From Minisyncoccota bacterium (lineage in GTDB: Bacteria; Patescibacteriota; Minisyncoccia; Phycocordibacterales; UBA9973), in contig JAGOPQ010000002.1 in the NCBI GenBank assembly GCA_017991915.1, positions 1 through 53,574 of the forward strand: a stretch of DNA of 53,574 bases. Direction: 5' to 3'. This document shows, piece by piece, positions 33,654-43,562 of the stretch; position 1 is the first letter of the stretch, and every line of letters begins with the position of its first letter. Made by a program: the position numbers and the translations under genes. The notes under the pieces are model-generated. The model was given only the letters and a program-made list of their open reading frames with translations, was not told the DNA's origin and ran no database searches.

Positions 33654-34556
33654 TTATTTTTTTAAATATTTTGAAATATTGGCCTTATGCTCAGTAAAGG
33701 TTTTCGCATAATGAATTTCTCCATCCTTATCATGCAAATAATATAAGTATGGCGAGCTAGTTGGGTGAATAGTGGCCTTGATGGATTCTAGGCCGGGATT
33801 ACATATTGGACTCTCCGGCAAACCTTTGGTTTTATAAGTCTCTGGCGCAGCATCCACTTGGAGTGGCATACCCAAGCTTATTCGGCGCCACAAAATACCA
33901 GCTATGATTCTACGTTCTTGCCCAGTTTTATCACCCTTGGCTTCACGTTCAATAATAGAGGCCATGCTGATGATATCTTGTTCGCTTTTCCCAAATTTAG
34001 TAAATTCTTCGCGAAGTGGCGCAACCTTGCGTTCAAAGTTGTCGCTCATGGATTTCAAAACTTCGACTTCATCTGATCTAGTAAAGAAAAAGTAAGTATC
34101 GGGGAAAAGATACCCTTCTTCGGCGGTAGCTAAAAATTTAGCTTTATCAAATGCAGACAATCTGTCTTTGTAAGTGTCGGCAATCATTTCATTGTCAAAA
34201 CCTTCTGGTATCACCACCTTCACTGGGGCTAGATGACTTTCTCCCCTACTCATTCTTCTGGCAATCTCAAAAACGGATAGCTTGCTTTCAAGTAAATAAT
34301 CTGAAGAAACCAAATGTCTCTCACCACCATAAGCAATCATCAAAGCTTCAAAAGTGGTTCGTGAGCGAATTATATTTTCTTCCTTAAGTTTCAACGAAGC
34401 TTTTCTCAAATTCATTCCTGGCTCAATGCTGACGATTTGACCTACTGGGAAATTTCCAGGCACACTAAAAAACAAAAAGTAAAAAGCCCATAAAAATGTT
34501 ATGGCCAGCAACACATAAAGTGCAATTTTTTTTCTAGAAAAATTAAATGAATCCAT
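33654..34556 (-). CDS. mltG: Endolytic murein transglycosylase MltG (YceG-like)
   Basis: The protein has an N-terminal TM helix and YceG blocks (EGYLFPDTY, ASIIEREA, LQ.DA). The C-terminus is YYLHD..G..HYAKT..EH. Confidence 0.87.
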   Translation of the reverse strand: MDSFNFSRKKIALYVLLAITFLWAFYFLFFSVPGNFPVGQIVSIEPGMNLRKASLKLKEENIIRSRTTFEALMIAYGGERHLVSSDYLLESKLSVFEIARRMSRGESHLAPVKVVIPEGFDNEMIADTYKDRLSAFDKAKFLATAEEGYLFPDTYFFFTRSDEVEVLKSMSDNFERKVAPLREEFTKFGKSEQDIISMASIIEREAKGDKTGQERRIIAGILWRRISLGMPLQVDAAPETYKTKGLPESPICNPGLESIKATIHPTSSPYLYYLHDKDGEIHYAKTFTEHKANISKYLKK

Positions 34557-34559
34557 AAA

Positions 34560-35864
34560 TTATGTTGGCAGGTTTGTTGGCGGCGAAGCTTCTTTGGATT
34601 CAATACGTTCAAGTGTAGGTACTTTCAATATCTGTCCTGGGAAGTGCCAGAGAGTGGCTAGCTCTTCGGTATTCATCACAAAAGTATGCGGATGCTTATA
34701 TCCTGGAAAGATAAACGGTGATATCGGCCAAAAAAGAGGAATTCCGTCCGACAAAAGCGTGTGCCTCATTGGTAAGTGGAAGAAAGAACGCTCCCGGTAC
34801 TCGGTCAACATTCTGTCAGTTATTTTCAAAACCACATCAGGGGGTGTAGAGAAAATTCCACCATAAGCATCACCCTGAGTAGAGTTAATACGCTTTAGTC
34901 CATTCACGTCAGGCGCAGCATATTGGCGAAAAATCAAACGTAAATTTCTTCGGCTGTTTAGATCATACACTTCTTTTTTGGCTATATACATGGCTCGTAT
35001 ACCGGTATCAAAACCAACCTTGGTAACCTTGGTAGTCATTTTTTCAAGGGCTCGCTTTAGGAAATCTGGCGGACGTATTTCCACTCTGGCATCTGTACCC
35101 AACTCTACACCCTTACCCTTTATGGCTGTATAATCTTTCAACATATTAAACATTTCGTGTTTGGATTCTTCCACCCAATCATGCCTGCGGAACCAGTGTC
35201 CAGCAGTACGAAAAGTTTTCTTGGAAGGAGTCACCACAATCTGCACCCACATTTGTTCTCCTTTTTTAAGAGAAGCAAAAAGCTCTACCACTGGAGAAAT
35301 CGGATCAACTTTAAATTCTTCCTTTGGATCTTTGTCAAGTCCGAAATCCACATAAGTTTTGATTGGGAAAGCTTCATGTTTTTCTAAAGCAAATTCACAA
35401 CCCCAACCCATCCAAGAACTTGTCGGAGAAATTTCATCTATGGCTAAAGTATAGTCCTCTACTTCTTTGACTTGAGCTTGTGGATACTGGGCGTACATTT
35501 GAGTTTCGATAAGACCTTTGACACGTGAGGGTGTGCGGATGAAGAAATGCACTTGCCCATCTATAGATGCAATTTCTAAAGAAAACCAAAACCACACAGC
35601 ACCCTGCCAGAGTTCTTCTTTTCCTCCCTTCACACTAAAGTGGTACAGGGCATTGGTTATAAAAAGCTCCATGGCTTTCGGTGAACGCAAAACCTCACGC
35701 GGAGGAACTACTTCTAAAACCACGAATTCAATACCGGATATGAAATCTTGGCGAACATAATGAATCCAAAATTTAAAAGTTATGAACGCCAAAAGCACCG
35801 TTCCGGCAAAAGGCAAAAGAGCTAGTAAAACTTTGTAAATAAAGATAAGAATTGGCTCAATCAT
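34560..35864 (-). CDS. N-terminally anchored protein of unknown function. From memory only, similar proteins usually sit beside the VirD4/HerA-like ATPases in CPR genomes.
   Basis: The protein has two N-terminal TM helices, then VVLEVVPPREVLRSPKAMELFITNALYH, and ends TEELATLWHFPG. The family link is unverified recollection. Confidence 0.5.
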   Translation of the reverse strand: MIEPILIFIYKVLLALLPFAGTVLLAFITFKFWIHYVRQDFISGIEFVVLEVVPPREVLRSPKAMELFITNALYHFSVKGGKEELWQGAVWFWFSLEIASIDGQVHFFIRTPSRVKGLIETQMYAQYPQAQVKEVEDYTLAIDEISPTSSWMGWGCEFALEKHEAFPIKTYVDFGLDKDPKEEFKVDPISPVVELFASLKKGEQMWVQIVVTPSKKTFRTAGHWFRRHDWVEESKHEMFNMLKDYTAIKGKGVELGTDARVEIRPPDFLKRALEKMTTKVTKVGFDTGIRAMYIAKKEVYDLNSRRNLRLIFRQYAAPDVNGLKRINSTQGDAYGGIFSTPPDVVLKITDRMLTEYRERSFFHLPMRHTLLSDGIPLFWPISPFIFPGYKHPHTFVMNTEELATLWHFPGQILKVPTLERIESKEASPPTNLPT

Positions 35865-35883
35865 GCTGCTTATATTTTAACAC

Positions 35884-35914
35884 AAAAAACCACTCGAGCG
35901 CGAGTGGTAAAAAG
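35884..35914 (-). terminator. Intrinsic terminator after the sigma-r4/HARE-HTH gene
   Basis: The minus strand reads CCACTCGcgctCGAGTGGttttttg (7-8 bp perfect stem). Confidence 0.65.
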
Positions 35915-35935
35915 AAACTCTTTTTAAACAACTAT

Positions 35936-36967
35936 TTAAGATGCAGGAGTATACAGGCCAGACTTGTTTTTCTTGAAGTACTTAGGATTTACAAGGTTAA
36001 CTAAAATTGTATTTTTCTTGAAATATCTTTCTTTCATTACTTTTTCTACTATATCGTCTTTGGTCATTGGTCCTTCTCGCTTTAAGATGTCGCGAATTAC
36101 TTCACGAGCAATTCCAGCTTTATAACCCCATTCTGCCAAAGCATACATACCACGTCCAACCAAGATAAATCTTGAGTCTTTAATGAGTTCATTGTGGCAA
36201 GTAGCATAGTGAGTCTTGCGTCCGAAAGTTTTAGAAATAGAATCAGCAACTTCTCGGAAGTGCATTGGTGAGCCATGACGTCGCATCACGAGGAAAGCAT
36301 AATCCTTTACTCCACGAGTTCGGATATTTGGTGAACTAGCCTTACCCCATTCACCAAGAGGATTCTTGGAAATAGTTTTAGACATAGCCAACCATCGCTT
36401 AGCGATTTCTTCGTTCTTGTAATGATCAGAAACATCTTTCAACTGATCGAAGAATTTCTTTATCATCTCACTCTCAGGCACTAGGTCTTCATCAGACAGA
36501 CTTGAGTAGAGTTTCTTTAGGGATTCGTGAACCTTTACAGCAGTTTCATCGTCCACACTCCAGCGAGTATGAAAATGGTTGTCCTCTCGGTGCTTTTTAA
36601 ATGCATCACCCAACTCTAAATAAAAGTTGATGTGGTTTTGAGTAGCTTGATCTTTGGAAATATGATGCAAAAATTCATGTTCAGAAATAATGCCACCAAG
36701 AGAAATTATCAATTGTTTGATTTCTTCAAAAACTGCTTGCTCTTTTTTATAAGCATCAGATTTTTTTATAGAATTTAAAGCCGTATCCTCTATTTGTCGG
36801 ACACGCTCTCTGGTGATGTTGTATTTTTTACCAATTTCCTCAAGAGTTTTTCGTGCAGAGTCTGGAGTTAGTCCGAATCTGCTCATAATCACGTCACTAG
36901 CGCGATCTTGGAGATGAGAGGTTATTCTTTTTGTTACTTGTTTTGGTTTGAAAGTTATTTTAGACAT
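35936..36967 (-). CDS. DNA-binding protein: sigma-70 region-4-like HTH (N-terminus) plus HARE-HTH-like winged helix (C-terminus)
   Basis: The N-terminus carries RFGL...RKTLEEIGKKYNITRERVRQIEDTAL. The C-terminus carries MHFREVADSISK...IKDSRFILVGRGMYALAEWGY. No sigma region 2 is present. Confidence 0.65.
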   Translation of the reverse strand: MSKITFKPKQVTKRITSHLQDRASDVIMSRFGLTPDSARKTLEEIGKKYNITRERVRQIEDTALNSIKKSDAYKKEQAVFEEIKQLIISLGGIISEHEFLHHISKDQATQNHINFYLELGDAFKKHREDNHFHTRWSVDDETAVKVHESLKKLYSSLSDEDLVPESEMIKKFFDQLKDVSDHYKNEEIAKRWLAMSKTISKNPLGEWGKASSPNIRTRGVKDYAFLVMRRHGSPMHFREVADSISKTFGRKTHYATCHNELIKDSRFILVGRGMYALAEWGYKAGIAREVIRDILKREGPMTKDDIVEKVMKERYFKKNTILVNLVNPKYFKKNKSGLYTPAS

Positions 36968-37072
36968 AATTTTAAGAAACTTACTAGTTCACTCGTAAAA
37001 CTCATCTCAATCTTGCTTATATATTATACACGCATATTCTGGTGTGTCAAATTTAGCTAATTCTCAAGAGCA

Positions 37073-38878
37073 CTATTTTGAACGTTCAGCTTTGGTTCTA
37101 GCTAGTTCGGTCAAATATTTTTTGCGAAGTCTTACTGATTTAGGAGTAATCTCTAAATACTCATCTCCGCTCATCACTTCTAGGCCTCTTTCGATGCTCA
37201 AAGTAAAAGCAGGCTTTAAAAATAAGGCTTCATCGGTACCGGAGGCTCGCATGTTTGTCAGCTGTTTACCCTTGGTTGGGTTTACAGACATGTCTTCGCC
37301 CTTCAAAACGTTACCAATAACCATACCTTCGTATACTTCGGTTCCGTGCTCTATATACATAATACCACGTTCTTGTAAATTTGCAAGTGCAAAGGCTACA
37401 GCCTTACCTGGAGCCATAGAAACCATGGATCCATATTCTCGTTTTTTGATCTCACCTGCATACTCTCTAAATCCAGTAACGCGTGAGGACATGATTCCCT
37501 CCCCCTTTGTATCAATGATAAATTCACCTCTATAGCCGAGTAATCCACGAGTTGGGATGTCGAAAATAATTCTAGCGATACCTTCTTTCTCTACCATATC
37601 TTTCATTATTCCTCTTCGCTTGCCCATCTTCTCGATAACTCCACCGGAAGACTCCATCGGTACATCTACCACAAGTTCTTCATAAGGTTCAGTCTTCTGT
37701 CCATTTTCTTCCTTGATGATTACTTCTGGTTGTGAGACCTGCATTTCAAATCCCTCGCGACGCATATTCTCAAGTAAGATAGCTATGTGTAATTCTCCGC
37801 GTCCATAAACTTTAAAGAAGCTTGGGCCAGATTTACCGCCTTGGTCTGGAGAGAAATCAATCTTGAGTCCCACGTTTATTTCTAATTCTTTATCTAGTCT
37901 CTCTTTGAGTTGTCTTGAGGTCACGAATTTTCCTTCCTTACCGGCAAATGGAGAATCGTTGACCAAGAAGTTTAGAGAGAGTGTTGGCTCATCGATAGCG
38001 ATAGCAGGCATGGCTTCTACGGTGTCATCTTCACATAGAGTTTCACCGATATAAATGTCAGGAATACCAGCAAGTAGCACGATATCCCCAGAAGTAGCTT
38101 CAGTAACTTCTTTTCTGGCAATACCTTCAAATGTAAATAGCTTTGTAATTTTTGCTACGCGGTTTCCATTTATGCCCTTTACAAACATAGGCTTGGTGGA
38201 TGAAATTTTTCCAGAATAAATTCGAGCGATACCTAAACGTCCCAAGAAGTTATCATACCCAAGGTTGAAAACCTGAGCAGACATTTTGCCATCTTCGTTC
38301 TTAGAAGCTGGGGGGACTTTTGCCAAAATCAAATCAAGAAGTGGAGATAAGTCAGTTGACTCATCACCTAGATTCTTGAAAGCTTTACCTTCACGTCCGA
38401 TAGCATATATGGTTTCAAAGTTGGCTTGCTCTTCAGTAGCACCAAGCTCAAAGAATAATCCGAGAACTTCTTCGTGCACGCGGTGTGGATCAGAAGCTGG
38501 CTTGTCTATCTTGTTGATTACTACGATGGGCTTCAAACCAAGCTCCAAAGACTTCTTCAAAACGAATCGAGTTTGTGGCATTGGACCTTCCACTGCATCA
38601 ACGAGTAGAAGCACAGAATCAATAGCTCTAAGAACTCGCTCTACCTCTGAACCGAAGTCCGCGTGGCCTGGAGTGTCCACAATGTTTATCTTCGTATCTT
38701 TGTAATAGATAGAGGTGTTTTTAGAATAAATAGTAATACCACGCTCCTTTTCTAGGGCGTTTGAGTCCATGGATACACCCTCGTCTGAGAGCATTCCGTT
38801 TTGTTGCATTAGTGCATCGGTCAAGGTTGTCTTGCCGTGGTCCACGTGAGCGATAATTGCGATGTTTCGAATCTGCAT
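37073..38878 (-). CDS. typA: Translational GTPase TypA/BipA
   Basis: The protein has [25 protein letters not shown] and NKID, is colinear over 601 aa, and carries the BipA-specific C-terminal domain. Confidence 0.95.
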   Translation of the reverse strand: MQIRNIAIIAHVDHGKTTLTDALMQQNGMLSDEGVSMDSNALEKERGITIYSKNTSIYYKDTKINIVDTPGHADFGSEVERVLRAIDSVLLLVDAVEGPMPQTRFVLKKSLELGLKPIVVINKIDKPASDPHRVHEEVLGLFFELGATEEQANFETIYAIGREGKAFKNLGDESTDLSPLLDLILAKVPPASKNEDGKMSAQVFNLGYDNFLGRLGIARIYSGKISSTKPMFVKGINGNRVAKITKLFTFEGIARKEVTEATSGDIVLLAGIPDIYIGETLCEDDTVEAMPAIAIDEPTLSLNFLVNDSPFAGKEGKFVTSRQLKERLDKELEINVGLKIDFSPDQGGKSGPSFFKVYGRGELHIAILLENMRREGFEMQVSQPEVIIKEENGQKTEPYEELVVDVPMESSGGVIEKMGKRRGIMKDMVEKEGIARIIFDIPTRGLLGYRGEFIIDTKGEGIMSSRVTGFREYAGEIKKREYGSMVSMAPGKAVAFALANLQERGIMYIEHGTEVYEGMVIGNVLKGEDMSVNPTKGKQLTNMRASGTDEALFLKPAFTLSIERGLEVMSGDEYLEITPKSVRLRKKYLTELARTKAERSK

Positions 38879-38913
38879 TTTATTTGATAATTTTTAATAT
38901 TAAAGTAAACAAA

Positions 38914-38930
38914 AAATCCCCGTGGGATTT
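38914..38930 (-). terminator. Hairpin plus U-tract after the VanY-like gene
   Basis: The minus strand reads AAATCCCacgGGGATTTtttgttt. Confidence 0.5.
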
Positions 38931-38976
38931 GATTTCATAATAACATACTTTTTAGAAAACAACAAATGCTGTCGGT

Positions 38977-39960
38977 TTATGACTGCTCACTGAGTGAATC
39001 AAAGTATTCTTCTATGCTAATTCCTCTATTATAGATGTCTGATGCGACTTCTGCACCAACGTATCTATAGTGCCAAGGCTCATGATCGTAACCAGTAATG
39101 TCGGTCTTACCCTTAGGATAACTCAAGGCAAATCCATATTTGTAAGCATTAGTTCTCAACCAGATTTCTTCTTTGGTGTTGTTGAATCTATCACTCGCGC
39201 TCACATTTTTTATAGAAGCTCCAGTAAAATCCAAAGCTGTACCGAGCTGATGTTCAGAGTGTAATGGTGCGGCAACTCTATTCTTTTGTTTTTCACCCCT
39301 TAGCTCCACCCAGGCATCGTAAATAGACTTTTGAATTTCGGGCCGACGAAAACCGGAAGTAACGGCTAATTCAACATTTTCTTTTTTAGCGTCTCGAAAC
39401 ATCTCTCGAAGAGACGTAGCGATATACCCCTTCACACAGACTATTCCCATGGTCTTGGCTCCATACGAGATATCAATCAAATTTTCTGGAATATAATTCT
39501 CGGGCAAAGATTTCTGCTTGTTTACGTGAAATAAGATTTGGTCTGGGGATATATCACCCTCTCCTTCTGGGCAAAGCTCGGCGAAATATAAACCATTCAT
39601 AATTCCCCTAGTCGCTCCATCCAATTTACCAGTTACGGACAGATTATTCTTCTTTTGAAAATTAGAAATGCCTTCGGCTGTCAGTGGACCGAATTTTCCA
39701 GTAATGTTTGCACCGCTAAAATTCGGCAAAGATTTATTTAAAGCATATTGGAGAAGTCGCACATCTCGGCCAGTATCTCCGATGGCCAAATCTTTGTTTA
39801 GGCCGCCTTGCAACTGCCACTGTGTAACCGCATTTAAATTTATACCGATGACTTGAGCCACCTGGGAACTGACAAATTTATTCAACGAGGGAAGAGTGAA
39901 AAAAGTCAGGGCAAAAATTGCCACAATACCCAAACCTGAATATAGAAATAATCTTTTCAT
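38977..39960 (-). CDS. VanY/M15B-family D-alanyl-D-alanine carboxypeptidase with a peptidoglycan-binding domain
   Basis: The protein has a signal/TM N-terminus, a PG_binding_1-like repeat (GDTGRDVRLLQYAL...FGPLTAEGISNFQ) and zinc-ligand blocks SGFRRP, SEHQLGTALDF and EPWHYRYVG. Confidence 0.85.
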   Translation of the reverse strand: MKRLFLYSGLGIVAIFALTFFTLPSLNKFVSSQVAQVIGINLNAVTQWQLQGGLNKDLAIGDTGRDVRLLQYALNKSLPNFSGANITGKFGPLTAEGISNFQKKNNLSVTGKLDGATRGIMNGLYFAELCPEGEGDISPDQILFHVNKQKSLPENYIPENLIDISYGAKTMGIVCVKGYIATSLREMFRDAKKENVELAVTSGFRRPEIQKSIYDAWVELRGEKQKNRVAAPLHSEHQLGTALDFTGASIKNVSASDRFNNTKEEIWLRTNAYKYGFALSYPKGKTDITGYDHEPWHYRYVGAEVASDIYNRGISIEEYFDSLSEQS

Positions 39961-39963
39961 TTG

Positions 39964-40046
39964 TGCGTCGGGAAGGATTCGAACCTTCGGAGCCCGGAGG
40001 CGACAGATTTACAGTCTGTTGTAATTGACCACTCTACCACCGACGC
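39964..40046 (-). tRNA. tRNA-Tyr (anticodon GTA), type II long variable arm, no encoded CCA
   Basis: I folded the cloverleaf by hand: acceptor GCGTCGG/CCGACGC, anticodon stem ACAGA/TCTGT with loop CTGTAAA, T-arm GAAGG-TTCGAAT-CCTTC. Confidence 0.9.
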
Positions 40047-40108
40047 GTGCGTATAAAATACCACAAAAAGTCATTTTTTGCATCTTTTTTATACGTTTTC
40101 TATATTGT

Positions 40109-42778
40109 TTAGACTGAATGCTTGGAACGAGGATGAATTGGACTTTTTATTTTTCCTTTTTGATTTTCTATCACTAAATCGTTTCCTTTTACAGTGACAA
40201 CAACGGTATCACCTTTCTTTACTCCGTTACTGATTATATAAGTCGCCACGGGATTTAAAATCTTGGTTTGAATCAGACGGTTAAGTGGTCGAGCACCATA
40301 GTGCGGATCATAACCTTCCTTGGCAAGATATGACATCGCTTCTTCGGAAATTTTGAAAGCAATACCTTTTGACAACAAACGGTCTTTGACCACTTGGACA
40401 CGTAGCCCAACTATAGTTTTGATTGCTTCTGGTGGCAAAATATCAAAAAGAATAATTTCATCTATGCGGTTCAAGAATTCAGGACGGAAATGATCTTTCA
40501 ATGCCTCCATCACCTTGCCCTTCATGGCACTGTAGTCTTGCTTCTCTTGATTGTTTGAGAATCCGATAGCTTCCATCTTCTCTACGAATTGTGAGCCGAT
40601 GTTTGAAGTCAGAATAATGATTGTATTTTTGAAGTTAACGATTCTACCTTTACCGTCAGTCAATCTACCTTCATCAATAACTTGGAGAAGCATATTGAAT
40701 ACTTCTGGGTGAGCTTTTTCAATCTCATCAAACAGCACAACAGAGTATGGTCGGTGACGTACAGTTTCGGTGAGTTGCCCCGCTTCATCATAGCCCACAT
40801 ATCCAGGCGGAGAACCGATAAGTTTGGAGATAGAATGTCGCTCCATGTATTCAGACATATCTACACGAATCAATGCGCGATCGTCATTGAACATAAATGA
40901 AGCCAAAGCTTTAGTGAGCTCGGTCTTTCCCACTCCAGTCGGTCCTAGGAATATAAATGAACCGATTGGTCTGTTTGGATCACTGATACCAGCACGAGAA
41001 CGACGAATCACATCCGCCACTCGGCCGATAGCTTCATCTTGTCCGACGACTCGCTTCTTGAGCTCCTCTTCCATTTTTTCCAACTTTTCTCTCTCCTCTT
41101 CCAACATCTTGGTAAGTGGAATTCCGGTCCAGCGGGCCACCACCTCAGCGATATCTTCAGCGGTGATTTCTTCTTTCAAGATTCGGCGAGATTTTTGCAA
41201 TTTCTTTAGGCGCATTAATTTTGTTTCCAATTCTTTTTTTAGTGTTGGAATCTTTCCATAACGTATCTCAGCAGCACGAGACAAGTCTGCTCGCATCTCG
41301 GCATTCTCCGCTTCTACTCGCATAATCTCCAGCTCTTTTTTTATCGCTCGAATTTCCACGACAATATTTCTCTCGTTTTGCCACTTGAGTTCAAGCTCTT
41401 TGGTCTTCTCAGAAAGATTGCCGATTTCTTTATCAATATCTTTTACTCGGCGCTTGGCGTCCCTGCTGTCTTCACTTTCTTTCTTCAAAGCTTCTTTTTC
41501 AATTTCCAAACGCATTATTTTTCTATGCGCATCTTCCAAGACTGGAGGCTTGTTTTCAAGTGCAATTTTCAAAGAAGAAGAAGCTTCATCTATCAGGTCC
41601 ACTGCTTTATCTGGCAGAAATCTATTGGTGATGTATCTGGTAGACAAATTTACTGCCGCCAAGATAGCGTCATCAGTAATACGAACACCGTGGAAAAGTT
41701 CATACTTCTCCTTGAGTCCACGCAATATTGCAATAGCGTCTTCTGTTCCCGGCTCATCTATATACACGGGCTGAAAACGTCTAGCCAGAGCTGGATCTTT
41801 CTCAATATGTTTTTGATATTCTTTTAAGGTTGTCGCACCGATCGCTCGCAATTCTCCACGAGAGAGTGCTGGCTTCAACATATTTGAAGCATCCATCGTA
41901 CCTTCTGCTCCACCCGCACCGACGATAGTGTGGATTTCATCGATGAAAAGAATTATTTTTCCGTCCGCGCGTTCGATTTCTTTCATGATACCTTTCAATC
42001 TTTCTTCAAACTCTCCACGGTATTTAGTACCAGCTATTAGTGAACCGAGGTCCAAAGATACCAGCTCTTTATCTTTCAAAGATTCTGGAACATTATTTTT
42101 GGCAATTTGTTGAGCCAGTCCTTCCACGACAGCGGTCTTTCCAGTACCTGCTTCACCTATCAAGATAGGATTGTTCTTGGTGCGACGAGAAAGAATTTGC
42201 ATAATGCGCATGATTTCATTGTCACGACCAATGACCGGATCAAGTTTGTCTTCTTTGGCTAGCTTGGTCATGTTGCGAGTGTACTTTAAGAGCAAGCGGA
42301 ATTTTTTTGGTTCACCAACATCAGTGATATTTTGACTGCGTAGTTCCTCGAGCACTTTCAGCACAGAATCTTTGCTGATTCTAAATCGAGATAAAATTTC
42401 TCGCGCTTCACCAGCGACTTCTAGCATGGCGATAAATAAATGTTCAGTGGAAACAAAATCATCCTTCAGATGTTCCGCCAATTTCGCAGAATGTTCTATG
42501 ACTTGGGCTAGGTCTGGATTTAAATAAATCTGATATGAAGGTGAGAGTGTAGGATTGGATTCTGGTGCTTCGATAGATTCCAAGATGGAATCAGTTAGTA
42601 GCATGGTATCAATCTCCAATTTGTCTAAAATTGAATTCACCATACTCTCTTCTTGCAAGAGTAGCGCCGCGAGTAAATGCGAAGATGAGACATGGTTTTG
42701 TCCACGTTCAATAGCCAGCTCGTGAGCTTTCTTGATGGCGTCTTTGGCTTTAGTTGTAAATTTATTTAGTGGTGGCAT
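40109..42778 (-). CDS. clpB: ATP-dependent chaperone ClpB
   Basis: The protein has Clp_N repeats and two AAA+ modules ([16 protein letters not shown]). A long coiled-coil M-domain lies between the Walker regions. Confidence 0.95.
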   Translation of the reverse strand: MPPLNKFTTKAKDAIKKAHELAIERGQNHVSSSHLLAALLLQEESMVNSILDKLEIDTMLLTDSILESIEAPESNPTLSPSYQIYLNPDLAQVIEHSAKLAEHLKDDFVSTEHLFIAMLEVAGEAREILSRFRISKDSVLKVLEELRSQNITDVGEPKKFRLLLKYTRNMTKLAKEDKLDPVIGRDNEIMRIMQILSRRTKNNPILIGEAGTGKTAVVEGLAQQIAKNNVPESLKDKELVSLDLGSLIAGTKYRGEFEERLKGIMKEIERADGKIILFIDEIHTIVGAGGAEGTMDASNMLKPALSRGELRAIGATTLKEYQKHIEKDPALARRFQPVYIDEPGTEDAIAILRGLKEKYELFHGVRITDDAILAAVNLSTRYITNRFLPDKAVDLIDEASSSLKIALENKPPVLEDAHRKIMRLEIEKEALKKESEDSRDAKRRVKDIDKEIGNLSEKTKELELKWQNERNIVVEIRAIKKELEIMRVEAENAEMRADLSRAAEIRYGKIPTLKKELETKLMRLKKLQKSRRILKEEITAEDIAEVVARWTGIPLTKMLEEEREKLEKMEEELKKRVVGQDEAIGRVADVIRRSRAGISDPNRPIGSFIFLGPTGVGKTELTKALASFMFNDDRALIRVDMSEYMERHSISKLIGSPPGYVGYDEAGQLTETVRHRPYSVVLFDEIEKAHPEVFNMLLQVIDEGRLTDGKGRIVNFKNTIIILTSNIGSQFVEKMEAIGFSNNQEKQDYSAMKGKVMEALKDHFRPEFLNRIDEIILFDILPPEAIKTIVGLRVQVVKDRLLSKGIAFKISEEAMSYLAKEGYDPHYGARPLNRLIQTKILNPVATYIISNGVKKGDTVVVTVKGNDLVIENQKGKIKSPIHPRSKHSV

Positions 42779-42797
42779 GTTTGGTTTTATACGATAA

Positions 42798-43559
42798 TTA
42801 TTGAGCTTTTGGTGCGTTAAGCGCGGTTAGTGCAGTATTGATATCACCAATAGATGCGAAAGATACAGATTCTCCAGATAGAGCCACACCGAGCGCTTGA
42901 CCATCTAGATTGAGGACTATCCCCCCACCATCTCCTCTCGGCACGGTGAGGTGGTCGTCTCCTTCGTAGATAGAAGAAGAAAGTGTAGTTCCCAATATGA
43001 TTATTTTTTGACCTATTTTCATTTTACTCAAATCGCCAGCGGTTGGAACAGTATAAGCAAGTTTATTTACAGGGTCTAATGGCTCACCAATTTTTAGAAA
43101 AGAAAATCCACCTTTATCGGATGCAATAAACTCTGCTTTAAATTTTCCGCTACTATTTTTTACATAATATTTTTCTTGACCAGGTGCCATACGTGCATCC
43201 GTCACCACGATGTCACTATTGGACACCGCAAAGGCTCGGCCCGCTGCGAGCTCCATCTTGTTTCCTTCTAAATCATATCCGTCTTTACTCAAAGCAAAAA
43301 CTGCAGATTGATTTTTCGCTAAAGCATCAACAATCAAATCCTCTTCCTTGACCACGACAGTATTCACTGTGGTCTTACCTTCCACTTGCTGAATTTTTTC
43401 AATAGTCTGTCTGACCACATTGTTTATAGGCGCAGTCACAGACTGCGGAGCCTGTTGCATCAAGGTCACCGTGGTGATACCGGTTGCAATAGAGGTAATA
43501 AAACTAAGGAGTATTGCAAGTAATATTAATTGTGATTTGTTTAAGTCTTTGATATCCAT
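42798..43559 (-). CDS. Membrane-anchored trypsin-fold (HtrA-like) homolog lacking the catalytic His and Ser (pseudoprotease)
   Basis: The protein is colinear with S1C blocks but substituted: TNxHV becomes TDARM and GNSGGP becomes [22 protein letters not shown] and [11 protein letters not shown] are retained. Confidence 0.5.
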   Translation of the reverse strand: MDIKDLNKSQLILLAILLSFITSIATGITTVTLMQQAPQSVTAPINNVVRQTIEKIQQVEGKTTVNTVVVKEEDLIVDALAKNQSAVFALSKDGYDLEGNKMELAAGRAFAVSNSDIVVTDARMAPGQEKYYVKNSSGKFKAEFIASDKGGFSFLKIGEPLDPVNKLAYTVPTAGDLSKMKIGQKIIILGTTLSSSIYEGDDHLTVPRGDGGGIVLNLDGQALGVALSGESVSFASIGDINTALTALNAPKAQ

Positions 43560-43562
43560 AGC

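Noticed and set aside
37044-37535. Long antisense ORFs lie inside housekeeping genes. Examples are 37044-37535 (+) in typA, 11146-11637 (+) in dnaJ, 41378-41827 (+) in clpB, 44275-44655 (+) in the desulfurase, 24048-24476 (+) in rpoA and 15539-15886 (+) in ATPase 2.
   Set aside because: Each lies opposite a confidently identified gene, has low-complexity Ser/Phe/Ile-rich composition, and has no start context. They are frame shadows.
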